DNA of 64,000 bases from Vicugna vicugna. Its lineage: Eukaryota. Made by a program: the position numbers and the translations under genes. Under the pieces are notes generated by a model. That model made no database searches, had not been told where the DNA came from, and saw only the letters and a list, made by a program, of their open reading frames with translations. The DNA lies in NCBI GenBank assembly GCA_013265495.1, contig MU058009.1:560001-624000 (forward strand), written 5' to 3'. Shown here one piece after another: positions 24,889 through 35,724 of this stretch. Position 1 is the stretch's first letter. Each line of letters starts with the position of its first letter.

Positions 24889-27039
24889 CTGGGGCGGGGG
24901 GAGAGGGAGGGGAAACAGGTCATAATTAAAGAGGAAACACTCGGAAAAAGGAGATCTAGGCAAAACGGAGGGAGTGGGGGGAGGCTCTGTTCTTTCCTTC
25001 CTTCTTTCTATAACCCCGTACACAGAGGGAAATTCAGCTTTGGTCACCATTATGGACCAAAAGGCATCTTGAACAGGGAGCGGAGCTGTGACTTTCTGTC
25101 CACAGGACATAATGTTGTTTAAGGGGTGAACTTAAGGATGGCTGTCTGCACGAACCCACATCAAGATAAGCGTGCCTTGCCTTTGTACCGGGGACTGGAA
25201 ACTGGGCTGAGCGGGGAAAAGGGGCCAGCGAGGGGGTGCATCTTTCCTAGGGAAGGACTTGGCCGGGGTGTGCAGCAGGAGTCTCTGAGTTGGGGAAGAG
25301 ATAAACATGCTTTGCATTTCTGAGACTTTCCTAGGTGGGGGCGGGCTAGGTAATAAAACCAGAACGTTTGGACCTTGGCTTTGCTTCGCGATACTCCTGG
25401 AAAACAAAATGAAGGAACTAGAGGGAAAATAGGCAGATTTGTGACACATGCCTACTTATTATTATTATCCTGGTTTGTGCATTTCCTACCAAGGATAGGG
25501 GAACAGACTGTCTTTGCATTTGGAGCCTCTCCATCACTCTGAGCATGCCTCTTCTCCAAGAGGTGCTGTGAATCCTATTGCGAAGGAGAGGCCAAGGTCA
25601 TAGGCAACCGCCTCCTAAGAACCTTTTACCTGTCGTGAAACCCACACTCAAATCAAACTGTATTTCATCCAGAATATCAAAGGGAGTTTATCTAGAGCTA
25701 TTTACTTGATAGACATGTAGATATGCCTGGTATAAGCAGGGCATTGGGGGAAATAAAATCACAGGCACACAGACCATGCCTTCAGGAGCTCATAATTTAA
25801 TGTGGGAGCGGAGTATACACGTAGGATACAAATTATAAGGATCATTACAAAACAACGTATAAAAATATACAGAAGGGGAGGTCATGAGTAAGAAGAGGGA
25901 AATGAAAGATTCTCTCTTGATTTGTGCCCTGCGATTATAAAATCAATCATTACTTTCATCAGTCATTGGACCTTGGGGAGATTTGTTGGGAAACCCTTAG
26001 CTTTTCTTCCATCACTATTGCATATTTGGGGGACTTTGCTGATTGCATTGCACATTACAAATCCAAGTTTCCGTGTGGATCTTAACTTTTAAAAACGCAC
26101 CCCTTGGTATTTATGAGCAAGGGGCACGTGTGAGAGTGTCTGCTGGTAGGAGCTGACGTCTGGTAGTGACATGTTGACATCAAAGATCTACAAGTTAATA
26201 GGTGTCTACTTTGTTGACTTTTCTGCTCTTAATAGTTTATTTAACTGCATCCCTTCGAGGCTGTTAAATATATCAAAGGAAATTTGTAAGCAAGCTTTGG
26301 GGGGGGGGGAACGCTGAGCCACAGAAACTAAAGGAACCCAAAAAAGGCACCTCATCATCTAAATTAGCAAACAAGGTACAGAAGAAGCCAAGTGTCAGAA
26401 CTGCCTTAGTCCAAGGACTTGCTATAACAGACAACACAATGAAACAGAAGAGGCAAACTAGAAACACATGCGAAAGATGAATAATCATTCTAAATAACGT
26501 ATGCCAAATAACATACCAAGAGTGGAAATATGGCATGTGTAGTGCTGTAACTTTGGTAGGAAGTTTCCATTAAATCTACAGGGGCGGGAAGAAGTTTAAG
26601 GTCTGGGTACCATTCCTAAGACCAACCTTGCAGTGGATAAGACTAATAATATTAGAACGTAAACTCTGCCTCACACAGCAACATTTGATGTTGTAACTGA
26701 CATTTATCCTTTAAGCTGTTGTTTAATTTTGATTGCTAATTCCTAAGTGGCCTGGGGCCCAGACTTACTTAATTCAGTCACTGAGGAAAACATTACAAAA
26801 CCAGGGTTGAGGCCCAGGGTCATGATGCCCGGGTCATGACCTGTGAAATGCACTGAAATCAGGCCCACATACAGGCACGTGCAACCACACACACTCACTC
26901 CTAGACAGGAGAATAGGGGTGGGGGAGTGCGAAGTTTGAAGGACCTGGTTTTGCTCTCCCCCTGGTCCCTGCGATTGGCCTCCTGACCCCCAGTCTGGCT
27001 CAGATCCCCCAGCCAGCTGGACCTGTTCCCCTCTCCACC

Positions 27040-27995
27040 CCCTCGACCCCCCTCCTCGCAGCCTCCGGTCTCCGGCAGAAAGGAAGAAAGCTCGGATTAA
27101 GTGGTGAGCTGCCTGCCTCTAAAAGGACCAAGAGGCGTTTCAACCCTGAGTGCCGGAAAAACCACGGCCGTCTTCGGCAGCCACCACGTGGGGCAGCGAG
27201 AACACAGCGGTACCTGCAGGACCCATAGTCGGCCGGGCTCTGGCGCCAGACCCGACGGCGGCCCCGCCATCTCCGCCCAGGCTGGTCCTTGGCCTCACCT
27301 CCTCCGGGGGCTCGGTTAACCTCCTGGCGCTGCGAGGTGCCGGCGTGCAGTTCTCTGGCGAGGCGGGAGGGGAGGAGGGAGGCGGCGAGGAGCTGACGGC
27401 TCCACCTGATGGAGATGAGCTGGAGTCTCAGACCTGGAGCGCCGCGCGAGGGGAGGGGCCGAGGACGCCGGCCGCCCCGGGTGGGAAACCTGGGCGTCCC
27501 TGGGCGTCCGGAGCGCGCTGCCCGGGGGTCCGGGGCTGTGGGCTCGGTCTGAGGAGCTGGCGGCCCTAAAGAGACAGCCGAAAACCAGTCACTTGGGAAG
27601 CTGCCCGAATTCTTCTGTGCACATCCAGGCTCCGGGTCTCCGTGGCGCCCACCGTGCGAGCCGGGGCCCCTCACCAGCAGGTGGCATCCTCTCTAGCGTT
27701 TCTTCACCTGGCGTGCAGCCCGGGAGGCCTTCTTCAGCAGTCCTCAGTTCCCCGCTCCCTGACCCCCCCCCCTCCGAGGCCTTCTGGGCCAAGTGCTGTG
27801 TCCCTTGAACCACCTCACGCCGGCGGGGCGGGCGAAGCGGGATCGCCCAGAGCTGCGCGGGGGCGGAGCCCCAGGGAATGAGGGCTTGCCCCAGAGACCG
27901 CTGCTCGCTGGCCAAGAAGTTCCAGAGGGGCAAGTCTCCCCTGCGCATCTTCCAATCTCTACTCTCCCGGCAGCAAGCGTGCCCGGGCGGTTTCT
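27040..27995. promoter_or_regulatory. Second CpG island, a probable upstream or bidirectional promoter
   Basis: Dense CpG, GC boxes (ggggcggg near 27825, gggggcggag near 27859), E-box CACGTG at 27185 and a CTCF-like motif at 27674. Confidence 0.8.
27672..27688 (+). promoter_or_regulatory. Candidate CTCF binding site
   Basis: caCCAGCAGGTGGCAtc matches the CTCF core CCASYAGRKGGCRS at all but the last position. Confidence 0.5.
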
Positions 27996-29340
27996 GAGAT
28001 CTGGGACAAACAGAGTGAGGCAGGAGATTCTGGGCCCAGGTGCAGGTGGGGTGGGGGGGAGGGGCACTGCTATTCAGCCTGAACCAGCAGGAGGTCAGAC
28101 CCTGACTCATCACTGCTTTCTAGTGACTTTCCTCCTGGCTGTTAGTTCAGTGTCTGTAATATTTATTACTCCCTCAGTTTGTGCAAAGGCCTGTTTTGGG
28201 TACTGAATAAAGACGTGTGGAATGAATACATGAATTCTTGTTCTTGGAAAGTTTGTCCTCTAGCTGGGGAGATGTGTTCACAGGTGCATGCAGGGGAAAA
28301 AAATGATGGAACATCTCACTAGCTTTTTAATATGACAGACAACTGCCCTGGAGTCAGGTGGAATCCTTTCAAGACTGGTCTTTCTAGGCTGATTTGCTTG
28401 TAGTCTTACAGGAAGCTGCTGGGCTGAGAAGCAGCACAACCTTTGGGTCAGAGTTTTGACTGCCCCCACCCCCACCCCATCTACAGCTGTGTTCACCAGG
28501 TAGCCTTGCCACGAATGGGAGAGAAAGGCTGTTTTATGAGGCAGGCTGTCATCATGAGCAGAGAATTTCCTGTTTAATGCCTCTTTGCAATATTGGTTGC
28601 ACAGATACATTATAAACCACATTTCCTTTTGTTTTTCATATATCCTGCCAGTGCTGGTTTAAGCTTCCTTGTCCAGGGATTTAAACACATTTTGAACCAG
28701 CCCCTCCTGGGAGTTTGGGGTAACCTGACTCTTCCATCCTGGATAAGTTAATAAGGGCGTGAAGCTACATATACTTCCGGAGAACAAATGGGCTTCCGAG
28801 GGTCTCCCTGGTGGCAGCCTGTCTGACCTGGGCAGTCATAATCTTCTAGCCTATTTCTTTTTCACTCATCTGAAACAAATTCCTTCCTCACATCTACGTA
28901 GGTGGATTACAAGACCTTAACCCCTGTTTACTGTGGTCAGTCTCTCCACAGCCATGCAGTAAGGCCCCAAGAACCAGAAATGCAGCTTTCAGAAGCATCC
29001 CTCGAAGGGCAGGCAAGTCTGCATCACTGATTCACTAAAGGCCAGGCCCGAGTGAGAGGTCATGGTGAGCCTTTTGGCCTGGGCACTGCTACCTTTCGTA
29101 GCCACTCAATAAACCTGGGTATATCCTTCTTCAGGCAGTGGCTCTCTGGGATCCCTCCCAATCCTAACATCCTATTATCTGTTTTCCACAAGCCACACCT
29201 CTCAGCCTGGAGAGATTTGGAAGTGCTTCCCCAGTGACTCAATGACTTCAGCATCAGGGCAGATACGCACCCCCAAGAACATTAGCAATGGCCCTGGCAT
29301 CTGCATGGACCCCTATACTGCAAGTGCTTGAGGCCTGGCA

Positions 29341-29640
29341 GCTTGACGGATTCAGGCAGACCGGAGAACACTGTAGGTATCCCTGACACGCATTTATCGT
29401 GGAGCGGAGTACACCCGCTTCCGTGGTGGCGCGGAGGAAAGCCCCGCCCACCGTATACAGCAAAGCAAGCAAAGCCATGTAGCCAACCGGGTGGGCTAAC
29501 CACTGCGCTTGCGCGGTGCCAGTCATTCCGCAACAACACGCGGGTACTGCGCAGGCGGGGTAACACTGCTGAGTCCCTGGGCCCGGAGGCAAAGAGAGGG
29601 AGTGTGGCCGATTCCGTTCTCCCTGCGACCCCTCTGCGCT
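29341..29640. promoter_or_regulatory. Small CpG-rich promoter-like element with NRF1, ETS and GC-box motifs
   Basis: About 25 CpG in 300 bp versus 3-4 in each flanking 300 bp (hand count). Motifs: TGCGCTTGCGCG 29504-29515, TGCGCAGGCGGG 29548-29559, CCCCGCCC 29442-29449, CTTCCG 29418-29423. Confidence 0.55.
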
Positions 29641-30982
29641 GGTTGATTATGACTGTTCCCCAAACTGTTTCACGTTCATCTTACTCAGAGTGCCCTCGGT
29701 CTTTCCCCAACTTGTTCAACTTGTGATTTCTCTTCTTTCCTTATTTCCCCTAGACCTATGCCTCAAGTCCGGCCTGGATTCTGGGTTCCAGAACAGCTTT
29801 TCTGCAACATACATTCTATCATGGTGCTGGTGCAAGCCTTTTAGTAAAGGGAGGAAATGCTGATATCAGAGTGGCTGATGGTTAAAAGACTCCCTTCAAA
29901 GGCAGTAGGACCATGGCGCCTTGATTTTAACTCAATCTTAACATGAATCAGACTCAACTGTAGAATCAATCTGATTGTGTGTCTCCCTCGACTTCCCGGA
30001 AGCCCCACGAACGTGGGAGCGGAGCCTCCCCAGGTCACACAGCACCCAGCTGGTACCCTAGTAGGCAGTAGGCACTTAGTACATGATGTGGGCTGAACGG
30101 CAACGTTTTACCTAGTGCCCCACATCCTGTTTCCTCTCTTCTGAGTCCAATATAACTTATTCTTCCCTCTGTTATTAAATCATTGTCAAACATCTGGCAC
30201 GTGCCTGCCACTGCTCCGGCTGTATTTTATGGGGATGGGTAATGAATCGAGCCTATATATAGTTTGCAAAATGTGGAACACACTTTAAGATGCACAGCAC
30301 TATAGAAATGAAAGATATTTTTATCTCTTCAGCATCATTCTGCACGAGGAGACAATTCTCCGGCAGCACTGTTTAAGAACAATAGACCTGTTTAGCCTTC
30401 ACACACGCATACATGCAGGGCGCTGGGTATTCAGTGCACATGGGAACAGCATTATCTCCCTCGGCAAAAGCCTGGAGTGTATAATTTACAGGGAAGAAAA
30501 GATACGGGAAACGGTATGAAAGCAGGTGGCAGTGCCCCCGGGCCTTGTCTCATCGCCAACTGAACGCACAGGCCGGGACCTTCATCCATGCCCCAGGGAT
30601 GGCACCAGAAGCGAGCCTCAGCATGCCTCTTCAGCGCTTGGAACACATCTTGTGTTATTTTGGAACAGGCCATGTATATATGAATGGGCTGATTATGCGG
30701 AAAATGTTGAAAGACAAAGTGAAATTCCAATTTATGACTCATTTGTGGTCTTCAAAGTCTTTAAAAAAAATCTTACTGCATTTATTCTTTTTTCTCCATT
30801 ATTCTTTTTCATAACCCCCTTCCCCCTCACACACACATACCCTAGGCCTAGGTTAGTAAAACTTTATAGGAGCCCAGGGAGCAGGTGTGTCTCACTTGAA
30901 GCCCTTTAAGCTTTTTTCCTAGATGACAAACTTTAATTTTTCTTTTCTGTTTATTATATGTACAGTATTTTTTTCTTTAAAA

Positions 30983-31678
30983 ATTTTTTTAAATTGGAGT
31001 ATAGTCAGTTTACAATGTTGTGTTAATTTCTGATGTACATCACAGTGATTCAGTTATACATACAACACACACATACATGTATTTCTTTTCAGATTCTTTT
31101 TCATTATAGGCTCTTATAAGATATTATATATAGTTCTCTGTGCTATACAGTAGGACCTTGTTGTTTATCCATTTTATATATAGTAGTAAGCATCTGCAAA
31201 TCTTGAACTCCTTATTCATCCCTTTCCACCCACATCCCCCTTGGTTACCATAAATTTGTTCTCTTTGTGAGTCTGTTTCTGTTTTGTGAATAAATTCATT
31301 TGTGTCATTTTTCTAGATTCTACATATAAGTGATATCATATGATATTTTTCTTTTTCTGGCTTACTTCAGTTAGTATAACCATCTCCAAGTTCATCCATG
31401 TTGCTGCAAATGGCAATATTTTATTCTTTTTATGGCTGAGTAGTATTCCATTGTATAAATAGAACATATCTTCTTTATCCAGTCATCTGTTGGTGGACAT
31501 TTAGGTTGTTTACATGTCTTGGCTATTGTAAATAGTGTTGCTATGAACATTGGGGTGGACGTATCTTTTCAAGTTAGAGTTTCCTCTGGTTATATGCCCA
31601 GGAGTGGGATTGCTGATCATAGGACAAGCCTATTTTCAATTTTTTAAAGGAATCTCCATACTGTTTTCTATAATGACT
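30983..31678 (-). mobile_element. L1 3' portion (end of ORF2 plus 3' UTR)
   Basis: Poly-T, then reverse L1 3' UTR and ORF2 end (ccatgttgctgcaaatggc; atgcccaggagtgggattgctg). Confidence 0.92.
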
Positions 31679-31707
31679 TTTGCTTCACCTCTTTCTCCTC
31701 CGAGTCA

Positions 31708-31980
31708 AAAATGAACAGTGAAACGAACTTATGGTTACTAGGGGGAAGGGGATGGGGAGGGATAAATGGGGAGTTCAGGATTTGCAGATACTAACAAATA
31801 TATATAAAATAGATGGACAACAGGTTCATACTGTACAGCACAGGGAACTATATTCAATATCTTGTGGCAGCCTGTGGTGAAGGAGAGTATGAAAACGAAT
31901 CTGTGTATGTTCATGTATGACAGAAGCATTATGCTATACACCAGAAATTGACACAGTGTAAACTGACTACACTTTAATTT
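31708..31980 (+). mobile_element. L1 3' UTR fragment, opposite in orientation to its neighbour
   Basis: aacttatggttactagggggaaggg...cagcacagggaactatattcaatatc...tgtaaactgactacact, followed by (TA)n. Confidence 0.9.
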
Positions 31981-32021
31981 TATATATATATGTATATATA
32001 TCATATATACATATATATACA

Positions 32022-32170
32022 GGGAGAGGGTATAGTTCAAGTGGTAGAGTGCATGCTTAGCATGTTTGAGGTCCTGTGTTCAATCTCCAGTACCTCCTCT
32101 AAAAAGAAAATAAAACCTAATTACTTCCCCCCACCAATTTAAAATAAAATGATACAATAATAAATGAATA
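32022..32170 (+). mobile_element. vic-1-type SINE
   Basis: gggagagggtatagttcaagtggtagagtgcatgcttagcatgtttgaggtcctgtgttcaatctccagtacctcc...aaacctaattacttccccc. Confidence 0.9.
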
Positions 32171-32994
32171 AAATATGAAACTATACATATATACAAAAAA
32201 GAAGTGCATTCATCTAGTTTGCCTCAGCATTTATGATCCTTTATTCCATGATAATTAATATTATAGTATAATTATTTATTTGTATGTCTTCCTTCCAAAC
32301 TATACATGAGATCTTCAGGGTAAAGGGCCACTTTTTTTTGCATTTCCCAGAGTCTATTGCTTAATGCTGGGCATCTAGTAATTATTTGCTAAATGTTTTT
32401 TTAAACAAAATAAAATTAGACCCAAAGCCCTGCTGTCCTCCTGGTGATCCTTCAGCCTCAAGCTTGAAATTTTCTTTCTCCATCATCTGATACCCAACTA
32501 GATGCATAAAATTCTATATCCATCTTCTGGAACAAGGTGCATATGAAAGATGGAAGAAAAGGATTTCTGACTATGCATTTGAAACCCAGCCCAAGTCTGA
32601 GGCAGATGTGGGAAGTGGTGCTGTCAGTCTGTATAGATCACAGCCTAACTCCAGCACTTGTATGAAAAGAACAGTGAGAAATCCTGGTTGTTGTGCTTGG
32701 TGGCACAGCCTGAAGACAGTTGAGAAGCTAGCATACTTCATAGTATAGGTTCAAAGGAGATGAGGAGAACCAGTGTTAATATTTCCCAAACTCGGCCCAA
32801 TAGGAATTGAGCTGGTGGTTCAGTGTTTCCCCTGTAGTCTGTGTCTCTTTTCTGCTGTGTGTCTGAGATTCTGAGCAGAAGTAGAAACTCCTTTTCCTCC
32901 ACCTTGCTTTGTTGTGCCAGCCCAGTTCAGCCCCACTTGATTTTTTTTTTTTAAATCATCTGAAACGGGGAGTAGTATAGTACAAATGACTCAC

Positions 32995-33155
32995 TGTGTG
33001 GTTTCTGGGCCAGCAGTGCCAAGCAGAGATGCAAACTCTAAGGCTTCTGCCAGCCCTCCTGGATCAGAACCTCTGGGGCGGGGCCCAGCTCTCGGTGTTT
33101 TAACAAGCCTTCCACATAATTCAGATGCACACCATTGTTTGAGAACCACTGCTGT
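32995..33155. mobile_element. MER5A-like DNA transposon
   Basis: atcagaacctctggggcggggcccagc...ttttaacaagcc...gatgcacaccattgtttgagaaccactg. Confidence 0.75.
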
Positions 33156-35581
33156 TAGAACCCCCCTGTGCCATCACCCAGCCTCAACCATGATCAAGCC
33201 GTGGCCAAGTCTGTTTCACTTATCCTCCGTGCCTCTTCCTTATTTTGAGGCAAATTCAGAGATTGTATCCCTTCATCCATAAGTATTTCAGTTTGCGATA
33301 AGGGCCTTTAGTGTGGATGAAAAGAATACTGTGTAGTATACACTTGCTAGTTATCTGGGACAGACCAGATAGCTAAGAATGAATTGTCATCTTAGACAAT
33401 TCATCCTTAGAATACATTCAACAGACTTAATATGGTAGTTTTCATCCGAAGGGGGATAAAAAAGACAAAAAAAAAAAACTGCTCAATTAGATAAGAAAGA
33501 GAAAGATTTCTTTTTTTTTTTTGGATCAAGAATTTATTATTCAGAAAAGAATGAGTTTGGTTATTATAATGAGGAAGAAGAATTAACATCAAAGAAGCCA
33601 GCCCTTGTTGTGGCCCTTAACAAAATTCTGCACGACTTCACCTTGGAAGAGGCTGCCTCCTTAGAGGTTATGAAGTTTTGTGTTACATCATATTCATAGG
33701 GTATGTAGTCTGATTATTTTCCCAGAATTGTAATAGTCACAATTTTTGTCCAGGCTCTGTGGCCCAGATCTTCCTTCTGGTCCCTTTGCACTTGTATGAG
33801 AATTGGCCAGAGTTAAGATACAGCCCATGACTAGGATCTGACATCACCTCAGACATAGAAGGGAGTATACCCATGAGCTTGTTCTTATCAGCTGAGTGTG
33901 CCAGCCCTCCAAGGTGAGCAGCCAGTCTCATCAAAGGGCTAGGTCACCGCCCGCTTCCCTCAGGCCCCGTGAGACCCCACGAGGCTTTATTAGACTCTGA
34001 GACACTCAAGAGAATATTTGCTCTTCTGTTCAGATGTCTGTGGCAAAAACTGACACTTGTGTAGAGCGTGATTTGATAGCAATATCTGTAAAGTGTCAGA
34101 AAGGGGAGGGGATCGATACAGTTAATTTACTTGGAATAATTCATCGCCTAACCGGAGTTCTCAGCGAGGGCAGACAAATTCCACACTACACTAACTCACC
34201 CACCTGGACGGAGAGGAGGACAGTGAATCCATCTTTGGAATGAGATGTACAACTGAGTTTCTTGCTTTCATTAATGACTCCCTTGGCCCCTTTCTTTCTT
34301 GAGACAAGGTGTTCATTCAATCAGCCATTTTTCAAAGTGGGTGATGTGTGCTATTGACTGCGAGCCCCCACGCTGTTCCACCTGAGCTGATGGTTAGCGC
34401 TCTCTGCCCTCGTCTTCGGGGGTGTTGCCTGCTCAGGGACCGTCGGTTTGAAGGTATACTCTATCTCAAGAGAAAAGGGAAGCACAGATATTTTTCTTCG
34501 GTGGAGGGTGGTGACGGTAATTTTTCTTCTATTTCCAGGCTAAGCCAATAGGAAATCTGTTTGTCATGAGACCGGAAGTTACAAAATAAGAAAGAATTGC
34601 TTATGGCAAGAATTTCAGCAAGGTGTACTGAAGTCACAGAGTCCTTCTGAGATAAATCTTGAAGAGGTATCTAGATTTAATGGCTTCTCAATGATCTCTC
34701 AACCCCCTAACTCATTTATCTGGCGCCACGTGCAAAATGATTTGAAGTAGAGCTAGCCACGCTGTAGCAGTGAGAGCCCATGAGTTCTGAGTTTGCGAGA
34801 GAATCCATCGGAGGGCTCCTCCCTTGGTAAGGTACAACCATTGCTGGTAAACACTTCATGTTGGCCCCGTGGCATTGCATTGATACAGGACACAAACGGG
34901 ACAGAACCAGAGATCCCAGCTGAAGCAGCTAAAGGAGCTTGGGGAGGAAGGATGTAATTATAAGGCATCTTCATATAATTATGCTATTACCATCTAATTA
35001 TGAAGTGCCACTTTCTACTTTAACTAACCTGAAACTCAGAGATCACTTAGCAGTGGGCTGTCAACCAAGCTCGGGCGTGCTCCCTAATGGGGAAGAGGAA
35101 GTCCAGTCAAAAACACTGGGCTCTGGAGGGGGCCAGAAAGGCCCCTGGAAAGGTCAGGAGGTACATTTCCATTCTCCTCACTTGTCAAACCATCTCATCT
35201 TTCTGTGCCTCGTCTAAATTACCTACCAAATGAGGGAAAAAAATACATCTTTCCTCCCCTTGAAATTGTCAATAGGCTGGCAAAAAAAATCAAGAGATAA
35301 ATCTCTGTGAATAGTTTTTATCATCCTTTAAAACAGGAGCAATCTATCAACGTATTTGTTGAATGCTGATTTTTCTTAGGCCATTCTAGGGGGCTGCAGA
35401 GGATTTAAGACATAAGTCCTGGCCCTTGAGTACCTTCGATGCAGTTGAAGACACACAGGCAGCCCACCATTTGTTCACTCATTCTGATGTTCACGTGACA
35501 CACATTTACTGAGCACCTACTCTGTGTCAGACGCTTGATTCAGGAGCTGGCGACACAGAGACAAAAAAGATTTACATTCTA

Positions 35582-35724
35582 GGGGGAGGGGATAGTTTTA
35601 GTAGTAGAGTGCATGCTTAGCACGCACCGGGTCCTGGGTTCAATCCCCAGTCCCTCCTCCAAAAATAAGTAAATAAATAAACCTAATTACTCCCCCCACT
35701 CAAATGAAAACAAAGACAAAAATG
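35582..35724 (+). mobile_element. vic-1-type SINE with target-site duplication, inserted in an L2 3' end
   Basis: gggggaggggatagttttagtagtagagtgcatgcttagcacgcaccgggtcctgggttcaatccccagt..., with TSD ttacattct at 35572-35580 and 35725-35733. Confidence 0.9.

Noticed and set aside
24456..24923. 155-aa minus-strand ORF over exon 1
   Set aside because: It is in a different frame from the KIRREL3 signal peptide. Only the part from ATG 24632 is kept, as a candidate overlapping uORF.
27000..28206. Several overlapping 100-224 aa ORFs
   Set aside because: Arg/Pro/Gly/Ala-rich products expected from stop-poor CpG-island DNA, with no recognisable homology.
29434..29563. GAGGAAAGCCCCGCCCACC...AGGCGGGGTAA resembles RNase P RNA conserved regions I and V
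   Set aside because: No P1-P3 architecture or other conserved regions are evident, and the match is explained by two GC boxes. An Rfam search would settle it.
32022..32098. tRNA-Ala-like sequences (also near 6500, 15280, 35582, 58435)
   Set aside because: These are SINE heads with diverged stems, shared SINE tails and, in some copies, TSDs, not tRNA genes.
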